NCBI GenBank assembly: GCA_977017575.1
Contig: CDRNVI010000202.1
Coordinates: 1 to 27,738 of the forward strand
Direction: 5' to 3'
Source: Paramoeba atlantica
Lineage: Eukaryota > Protista > Discosea
Length of the DNA: 27,738 bases
Position 1 is the first letter of the stretch; each line of letters begins with the position of its first letter. The notes beneath the pieces were generated by a model. The model was given only the letters and a program-made list of their open reading frames with translations. It had not been told where the DNA came from and searched no databases. The position numbers and the translations under genes are program-made. Shown piece by piece: positions 20,401 through 27,738 of this stretch.

Positions 20401-23400
20401 AACACTCTCAACACTCTCCAAGAGTGTGCTTTGGGAGAGCAAAACATAGCCAGGACCAAAAAATAGAGCTCACACCAGCAAGTTAGAGAAAAGCACTGGT
20501 TTGTCAAAGTAAAATCATGCACAGTTAATCCCAACTACTTCCAGGAGGAAACTCACGGGGGTTCCAGAGTTCTATTGAAAAATCCCAACTTCAAACCCAA
20601 AGAGACAACCAAAAAAAAAAACAGCAAAAAAGGTGTCCCTCAGTGTGTCCCTTCTGAGAAAAACAGAAACTGCCCAGAGAAAGAAAGGGGTTTCATTGAA
20701 TGGAAGGGGAAATATGAGGGAAAAACACAAAGAAAAAGAATCAAAGAAAACATATATGATCAAAAACAAACACTAAAACCTAATGAGATTCACAACAACA
20801 ACATAATGGTGGAAGTGGGGTGATAGAGCACAGAGCAGGGCATCCTCTGACAAACTCAACAATCAGACATTAACAAAAACAAACTCTCGGTTTAAGTTCT
20901 CCTTTTATATTAAGAATTCTATGAATTTCCAACAAACATCTTAACAACAAAGGAACAATACAACAGCAATTTGTGATGAAACACAAATAAAGACCATCCA
21001 AAATGCTCCCTAAACCCTTTTGGGAAAACCCGAAGAAAACACACAAAACAACACATCAAATCAGGAAGCATTTTTATGAATTACAACACACACACACTTT
21101 AATATTTTTAACAAACAATTTCTCAATATATTGATAAAGGGTTTAGGGTGTCCATTCACCTTACAATTGGTGGGGAGAAGGGATGCAGGAAGGAACTAAA
21201 AGGGAAAGAAAAAAAGAAAAGATTAGTGTTCAAAGGAATGAGGGAGGGAGAGAGGGGGGAAAAGAGGAAGAGAATAAAAGAAAACAAATATAACAGTTAT
21301 GCAATGATGGTGGTGGAGATTAATGGCAATCTTTGTGACATATTTGATAAACAATCTCTCGATATATTGATAATATTGGTGTCCATTCACTTTGCAATCC
21401 AATACACAAACCTTTATCAATTAAAACACCTCACAAACCTGATGAGAACTGAAAGAGAAAAGAGAAAAAAGAAAAAAGAAAAGAGAAAGGATTTTGTTCA
21501 ATTCAATGTAAGGGGAAACAGGGAAGAAATACAAAGCAAAACAAAAACAAAACAAAAACAAAAATAAAACCAATGAATTTTACAACAATATATTATTATA
21601 GAAGTGGTGGATCAATCAAAACAAAAAAAAACAGAGAATTACTAGTTCAAAAAATAAAAAAAGAGAGAGAGAAAACCAGATGATTGTTTGGGGCTTTTGA
21701 AAAATTATTGTTAAATATTTTAGGAACAACACATGTCATGAAACAGCAGCACACTCCTGGAACACAAAAAGTCAAGAAATTATCCAACAATAACAATGAC
21801 ATTTCTCTTTTTTTTAAAAAAACATAATCAGAAAAAAAGAGAGAAAAGAGAGGGAAAAGAGAGGGAAAAGAGAGGGAAAAGAGGAAAAAAAAAGAAAACC
21901 AGAAAAGAAGAGTGAACACACAACAAAGTCTTTGAAGAAGAGAAACATAATTCTTTTTTTTAACAAATATATTTACTTGCTGATTACAAAACTTATTTTC
22001 CTTCAAAAAAAAAAATCAGTTTGGAACAACAATTAAAAGAAAAGAAAAAGAAAGAGAAAGAGAAAAAAGAAGAAAAGAAAGAAAAGAAAAGAAAACCAAA
22101 AAAAACATTGTAAAAACTGTTCAAACTAAGGAAATAAAATTTTAGAATCTTATTTGGTGAGAAGAAAGAGAACAAAAAGAACACATCAAGAGGAGGGGGT
22201 AGGAGAAAACAAAAAGAAAACAGAAACAAAAAAGAAATGATCTATCAATCGTCAAACGAATAGAGAGAAAAAACAGTCAAACCAAAAAAAATCAAAACAA
22301 CCACCTTTTATTATGAAAAGGAGGGGGGAACACAAAAGGAGGAGAATAAAAGAAAATAAAAAGAAAAAAAAACAAACACCAAACACCATGATTTGCAATA
22401 ATAATAATTGGTAATGGCGAGATATTATCGCTTCAAACTTTATCAATTAAAACCCCAACAAACACTCACAAAGAAAGAGAGAAAACTCTGAAGAAAGAGA
22501 AAAGAGAAAAGATTAGTGTTAAAAGAAATGAGGGGGAGAGAGGGAGGAAAAAGAGGAAGAAAATAAAAGAAAACAAACCCTTCATATAACAATGCAACAA
22601 TGATGGTGGATCAATGGTTTCTTTGTGACACACACTACTGATATATTGACAAACAATCTCTCTTAATATTGAGGCAATTCAACACACAAACACTTTTGCA
22701 CGCAATAACAACACTCCCCAAAAGCTCTTTGCAACGCAACAGCAAAGTGTATTGCTTGATCATCACCCAAAACCCTTTCAATCAAGACCCACATCTTGAA
22801 TGTGGGAATAGCAGCAGCAGTAATAAGTGGTTTTAAAATCCTTATCAATTAAAACACCTCACAAACCCTGATGAAAACTGAAAGAGAAAAGAGAAAAGAG
22901 AAAAGAGAAAAGAGAAAAGAGAAAGGATTTCATTTAGTTCAACAGAAGAAATACAAAACAAAACAAAAACAAAACAAAAACAAAAATAAAACCAATGAAT
23001 TTTATAATAATATATTATTGAGGTGGTGGATCAATCAAAACAAAAAAAAAACAGAGAACTGCTAGTTCAAAAAACAGAAAAAGAGAGAAGAAAGAGAAAG
23101 AAAACCAGATGATTGTTTAGGGTTTTTGAAAAATTATTGTTGAATATTCGGAACAACACACGTCGTAAAACAGCAGCACACTTGTGTAACACAAGAAGTC
23201 AAAAAATCATCCATCAACAATGATGACATTCTCTCTTTTAAAAAAAACATAATCAGGAAAAAAGAGATAAAAGAGAGAAGGAGAGAGGAAAGATAAAAGA
23301 AAACCAGAAAAGGAGAGCGAACACACACAACAAAACCATTGAAGAAAAGAAATACGATTCTTTTTTTTTAACAAATATATTTATTTCCTGATTACAAAAC

Positions 23401-25452
23401 TCATTCTCCCTTTGAAAAAAAATCAGTTTGGAACAACCAATTAAAAGAAAAGAAAAAAGAAAAGAGAAAAAAGAAGAAATGAAAGAAAAGAAAAGAACAA
23501 AAAAAAATTTGGTAAAAACTGTTCAAACCAAGGAAACAAAATTTCAGAATCTTATTTGGTGAGGAAAAAGAGAACAAAAAGTGCACCAAGAGGAGGAGGC
23601 AGGAGGAAACAAAAAGAAAACAGAAATAAAAAAGAAATGATCCATTGTCGATCAAATGAATGGAGAGAAAAGAGAGAGAAAAGACAGTCAAACCAAAAAA
23701 AACAAAACAACCATCTTTTCACATGAAAAAGCAATTCATTGTTTATTTTTAGCACTCTAAAATATATGTCATCCTTTTTACTACCTTTCAGCTTTGGAGT
23801 AGATGAATTTTTATATTTTATTTTTTATATTTTTTTCAATAAAATAAAAATAATAAAAATACTCACAAGAAAATCTGATTCAATATTTTGCTATCCAAAA
23901 ATCTTTTATTTTTTGTTTTTTTTTTGTTTTTTGTCTTGAAAAACATGCTGTTGCTTCTTCGAGGGGGAGGGTGATGGAGGGAGTCGTGGTCAAGGGGGGC
24001 AAAGGGAAAAGGCTTTTTTTTGCTTTTTTCAAATAATTCTTTTTTTGTTTTCTTTGTGTGTGTAAAAAAAAGAGAAAAAGAGTTGATCTTGATGAAGCGT
24101 GAGATCGCTTCAAAGACCATACATGGAGAGAGGAAGGAAAAATTATGGTGTGGATTGCTAAGAACATTATCCCTCCCCTATGTGATTAGATTTTTCTTTT
24201 TTGTTTTCTCTCAATGTTTTTTTTTTTGTTTTGGTCCTTTCTCTTTTCTTCCTTTTTGTTTGTGTGTCTTTTATTTGTGTGTCTTTTGTTCGTTACTCTA
24301 AACTCTTGTTTGTCATACTTGTTTTCGTTATGTTTATTTTTTTTTTTTTGGGTATCATGATGGATGAGGTTTGAGATGTGGTTCTCTTTATCCTTTTGTT
24401 TGTTTTATTTTTTTTATTTGTTCTTTTTTCTTTGTTCTTTTGTTCGTTTTTTTTTTTGTTGTCTTTTTGTGTCCTCTTTGCTTTTCATTTTCCCTGTTTT
24501 TTTCCTTCCTTTTTATTTTCCCTTCCCTAAACCCTTTTATGTTGTGAACCCCTACCTTGTTCTGTTGTATTGTATTCATTTTGAAGTCTTTCTCACTGCT
24601 CTTTCCTGTCAAATCTTCCCCGTCGATTCTCCCCTCTTTTGTTTTTCTTCTGTCTCCTTTCTTACCTTTTCCTCAAAAATTTGTTTTCTCACTTTGATTG
24701 TTCTTTTTTATTTAGAGTGTTTTCCTTTTTTGTGTTTTTCCCTCTCTTTTGTCTTTCATTGGTGCTCTCTGTGCTTCTTCAACAACAACCCTGCCTGCTG
24801 TGTTTTGATTCATCCTTTTGTTTTTTGCTACATTTGATTTTTTTTCTGTGTTTTTTCTCTTTAAATATTTTCTCTTTTGTTCAAAACTATTCTTTCTTTC
24901 TTTTGTTATTGTTCCTTTTATTTAATATAAACCACACCTTCTGCTTTTTCAATTTGATCTTTAGATTGACTTTCGTTTATTGTTTTGTTGTTTTTCTGTG
25001 GAGATCTTATCAATTCTCTGACATTTTCTCTTTCCTCCCCCTCCTCCCCCCCCCAAATCTTCGCTTTCCCCCTCTTTTCCTTTTCTCTTTCATTGATATC
25101 TCCATCTTTACTCTAATAACCTTATTCTCTCTCTTCTCTCTAAACCTTTTTTTCTTTCAATAAAGTGTAGTTGTGGGGCAGAGGAAGTTTTTCTCCTAAT
25201 TTGTCGTTGTTGCAATCTTTTTCTCTTTCTTTTTTTTTCAATCTCTTTTGCAAATACTTTTTCTTTTTTTTTCATTTTCTCTTTCTCTTTTTCTTTCTCT
25301 CTTTTAAAGAAATAAAATAGAATGATCAATTGTTGCTGCTGTGTTGTTGTTGTAGTCTATTCCCCCCCAAAAAAAAATATTATTACTTTGTACAAATCAT
25401 TTGAGTGCTGCTATATTAGGTTTACTTCTTTTGTGGTAATTGTTGTTGTTGA
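16100..25452 (+). repeat. Segmental duplication copy B (~9.3 kb); 17423-18700 replaces A 4527-5187
   Basis: Same anchors as copy A. The offset changes from ~12.9 kb to ~13.5 kb across the swapped block. Confidence 0.95.
17423..18500. other. Block unique to copy B, with a purine tract and a decayed coding-like stretch
   Basis: No counterpart in copy A. A + frame near 17920-18090 reads CDDEDEEMAEKHDDNHEHSSDGGGPPRFESPKFRNKLPVVR*QH*QPKL*VKRKEKK. Confidence 0.5.
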
Positions 25453-25454
25453 CA

Positions 25455-25727
25455 GAGAAATGAATGATATATGATACTCTTATTAGTTGGATGAATTTTT
25501 ATTGGATATTTGGATAAAATGATGCTAATGAGATCTCTCCAACCCTAAACTCTCAACAAAAAGAAAATGGAAAGAACTATTATTTTGGTTTTTCTTTTTA
25601 TTTTTTGAAGCTTTTTTTTTGTCAAATCTCTCGATTTCTGAGAAGTCCATTTTTGTTTTGTTTATTTTTTTCCCTCTTTTTTGTTTATTTTTTTCCTCTT
25701 TTTTTTTTTTTCCTCTTTTTTTTTTCT

Positions 25728-25759
<32 letters not shown>

Positions 25760-27738
25760 CTTTTTTCTTTTTTCTTTTTTGAAAAGAAATTGTTAATTGA
25801 ACCAATTGTCAAAAGTTTTGTGTCCCCAAAGTTCCATTTTATTTTTTGAAGCTTTTTTTCTTTTCAAATTTCTCGTTTCGCAAGGATAATAGATTCTATT
25901 ATTTAGACACCTAAATTTTGGCTATTTTTTCATTTATTCCTCTTCATTTCACGAGAGGTCCATTTTTTTTTTGTTTATTTTTTTGTTTATTTTTTTGTTT
26001 ATTTTTTTCTTTTTTTTTTCTTTTTTTTTTCTTTTTTTTTTCTTTTTTTTTTTTTCTTTTTTTTTTTTTATTTTTTTTTGTTTCTTTTTATTTATTTTTT
26101 TTTTATTTATTTTTTATCAAAAGTTTCATGCCCCCAAAGTTCCATTTTATTTTTTTTTTTTTGTTTTTTGAGGCAGACTTTATTCAATTAGTAGTTCTTA
26201 ATCTAAGCCATTTGAATTACATTAAATTATGTTTATTTTTAATCTCTAACGAGAGGTGAAGTTTTAAACTTCAGCTTAGTTCAGTTAGTCTTTATGCTGA
26301 ACTTTAGAACTTCTGTAAGTTCAGGCTGGAGGATGCATATCAGAAGGGAGAATAATCCAAAGCTCCTTCCAAGGGAATTTATCCTCAACTTTTTAGCAGA
26401 CAGGGCTGAGATGTAACCTGTTCCGATTTTCACACTTCTTCAAGAGCTCCTCACTCCAATCAAATCACTCTACAGCACCAGAAAAATTTTCTCTAATATC
26501 GAAAAACTGGGATTTGAACTCGCCCCCCCGGGGTTGGACATAGTCGAATTTACAACTAAACTACGGGCACCAACCCAAGTTCCATTTTATTTCTTGAAGC
26601 TTTTTTTTTTTTCAAATTTTTCGTTTCGCAAGGAGTTTATTTTTTTTTGGGTAATAGATTCTATTATTTAGACATCTAAATTCTGGCTATTTTTTCGTTC
26701 GTCTTTTTCATTTCGCAAGGAGTTTATTTTATTTTGTTTATTTTTTTTCTTTCTTTTTGTCTATTTTTTTCTTTTTTTTTTGTTTCTTTTTTTCTTTTTT
26801 TTTTTTTTTTGTTTCTTTTTTTCTTTTTTCTTTTTTGTTTTCAAATTTTTCTTTTTTTTTTTGTTTCTTTTTTTCTTTTTTTTTTTTTGTTTTTTGTTTT
26901 TTTTTCTTTTTTCTTTTTTGTTTTCGAATTTTTATTTTTTGAAAAGAAATTATTGATTGAACCCCCCTTCTTTGCTGTATTATCAAATGGAAGAAAATAA
27001 ATTCATTTCTTTATTTTTCTTTATTTCTTTCTTTCTGATTTTCTTTCTTTCTCTCTTTATATTGTTTTTATTCTTATTGTTTTTTTTGTTCTTATTGTTC
27101 TTATTAATATTATTGTTCTTATTAATATTATTGGTGTTGTTTGTTATTTTATTTTGATTTCTAATATCTTATTTATTTTATTTTCAGAGAAATGAATGAT
27201 ATGCTTGTTAGTTGGATAAATCTTTATTGTATTTGGATAAAATAATGCTGATGAAATCTTTCCAATAAGTTAATAGAAAAAAGACTGAAAGAACTTTTAT
27301 TTTAGGTTTTTTTTTATTTTTTATTTATTTTTTTTTTATTTATTTTTTGTCAAAAATTTCATGTCTCCAAAGTTCCATTTTATTTCTTGAAGTTTTTTTT
27401 TTTTTCAAATTTCTTGTTTCATGAGGGGTCCATTTTTTTTGGGTAATAAATTCTATTATTTAGACACCTAAATTCTGGCTATTTTTTTGTTCATCTCTCT
27501 TGTTTCACAAGGAGTCCATTTTATTTTGTTTATTTTTTTCCTTTTTTTATCTATTTTTTTCTTTTTTTTTTGTTTCTTTTTTTCTTTTTTTTTTTTGTTT
27601 TGTTTCTTTTTTTCTTTTTTCTTTTTTGTTTTTGAATTTTTATTTTTTGAAAAGAAATTATTGATTGAACCTCCCTTCTTTGCTGTATTATCAAATGAAA
27701 AAAAATAGATTCATTTCTTTATTTTTCCCCATCTTTTT
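25455..27738. repeat. T-rich modular repeat family (several partial copies)
   Basis: gagaaatgaatgatat at ~25457 and ~27188. gaaaagaaatt.tt.attgaacc at 25781, 26941, ~27649. aagttccattttatt at ~25828, ~26137, ~26578, ~27370. ttctattatttagaca.ctaaatt.tggctattttt occurs three times. Confidence 0.85.
26500..26572 (-). ncRNA. tRNA-like Pol III remnant (tRNA pseudogene or SINE head)
   Basis: Minus strand GGTGCCCGTAGTTTAGTTGTAAATTCGACTATGTCCAACCCCGGGGGGCGAGTTCAAATCCCAGTTTTT has an A-box-like TAGTTTAGTTG (26563-26553), a B-box GTTCAAATCC (26519-26510), a D-stem GTTT/AAAT and a T5 run. The T-stem and acceptor stem do not pair properly. Confidence 0.4.

Noticed and set aside
7512-25550. Scattered 10-12-bp telomere-like words (e.g. 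7512, 7659, 10781, 19546, 21009, 24525) as telo-box regulatory sites
   Set aside because: They are single short matches, mostly duplicated passively with the repeats, and there is no evidence of function.

Overview
Eukaryotic (probably protist) left chromosome end. 1-1403 is a mitochondrial-type fragment (atp6 3' part, nad4L, nad5 5' third; TGA=Trp; four 1-bp frameshifts). It is joined directly to the distal tip of an apparently perfect ~92-copy (CCCTAAA)n telomere (1402-2043). Next come a ~190-bp telomere-adjacent satellite and a 2-copy telomere remnant (3107-3119). The rest is low-complexity subtelomere built from a ~9-kb direct segmental duplication (A ~3121-11960, B ~16100-25452). Hidden in it, and mostly missed by the ORF track, is a spliced, decayed 2OG-Fe(II) dioxygenase gene with TET/JBP-like motifs (HxD..H..R). 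Its 3' part is in copy A and its 5' part in and just upstream of copy B, and it lies head-to-head with a second spliced gene of unknown function. The duplicated copies differ almost only by transitions, and in-frame interruptions are almost all TGA, which points to cytosine-methylation/RIP-like decay. Also present: a ~93-bp tandem repeat carrying a TIR element with no visible TSD, modular patchwork repeats, and a tRNA-like Pol III remnant. Most listed ORFs are low-complexity artefacts. All protein assignments are by eye and no searches were run.
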